A stretch of DNA of 64,000 bases from Vicugna vicugna (taxonomy: Eukaryota), in NCBI GenBank assembly GCA_013265495.1, contig MU058844.1, positions 6,881,260 through 6,945,259 of the forward strand, written 5' to 3'. Under the pieces are notes generated by a model. The model was not told the origin of the DNA and did no database searches. It saw only the letters and a list, made by a program, of their open reading frames with translations. A program made the position numbers and the translations under genes. Positions 63,406-64,000 of the stretch are shown here, in pieces; positions within the stretch are counted from its first letter, which is position 1, and each line of letters begins with the position of its first letter.

Positions 63406-63930
63406 AGCAACAGGGAAGAACAAATCTGACTCCATATTGGATCTGTTTCTTTGGCTTTAACCCTGTGCTCTGTTTCCTGTTAGTCATGCTGGTTCCATAT
63501 CTTTTGTAAAAGAATGTTGCCTATAGCCTAACATATATAGGATAGCCTATTTTCAAGGCTCTGACCTTTAAGGGTATTAACACTTTTCTATTCATGTAAA
63601 GATAAAAAGTTGCAGAATAGAAAATAACATATTTTTTGTTGTTGTTGGAGGTTTACAGGGACACCATGACCTGACCGATATGGACAGATGCAAGAATAAA
63701 GGATTCCAACACTAAGGAATTTGTAACAACTAACCACATCCCCTCCCCTTTTTAGTATAAAAAGGAGCCTGAATTCTGACTTGGAGAAGATGGTTCTCCA
63801 GGACATTAGTCTGCCATCTTCTCAGTCTGCTGGCTTTCCAAATAACATCATTATTCCTTGCCCCAGCACCTTGTCTCCCAATTTATTGGCCTGTCTTGCA
63901 GTGAGCAGAATGAGTTTGGACTTGGTAACA
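63406..63930 (+). mobile_element. Solo ERV1-class LTR (tentatively MER41-like); same family as 27028-27587
   Basis: AGCAACAGGGAAGAACAAATCTGACTCCAT...GGTAACA; TATAAAA at ~63757; 4-bp TSD ATAC/ATAG. Confidence 0.85.
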
Positions 63931-64000
63931 ATAGCAGCCATGACCTTTTGGGTTGGGTACTGCAGGCAATACACCACAGAGGCAATATGTGGAAGCACAT

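Noticed and set aside
1..64000. A novel multi-gene system (operon, defence island, CRISPR, provirus)
   Set aside because: The window is repeat-rich mammalian non-coding DNA; no spacer-repeat array, no gag/pol/env and no non-L1 ORF with recognisable domains.

Overview
This is AT-rich mammalian genomic DNA, intergenic or deep intronic. Two Vic-1-type tRNA-derived SINEs point to a camelid (alpaca, llama or camel). I found no host protein-coding exon I can support, no RNA gene and no CRISPR or other prokaryotic features. The main feature is a full-length but inactivated LINE-1 (41268-47562, + strand, with target-site duplication [TSD]; ORF1 and ORF2 carry stops and frameshifts; three assembly gaps). 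The rest is layered repeats: 5'-truncated L1 3' ends with TSDs, solo ERV LTRs, MaLR LTRs, hAT MITEs and old L2/MIR fragments. The most notable local structures are a tiny twin-primed (5'-inverted) L1 insertion at 36298-36479, a gapless 75-bp local duplication (58831-58905 vs 61076-61150), two LTRs stacked in one MIR, a near-consensus CTCF site at 12201 and several perfect palindromes. I cannot support a new multi-gene biological system here. Repeat family names come from my recollection of consensus sequences, and boundaries without a TSD are approximate.
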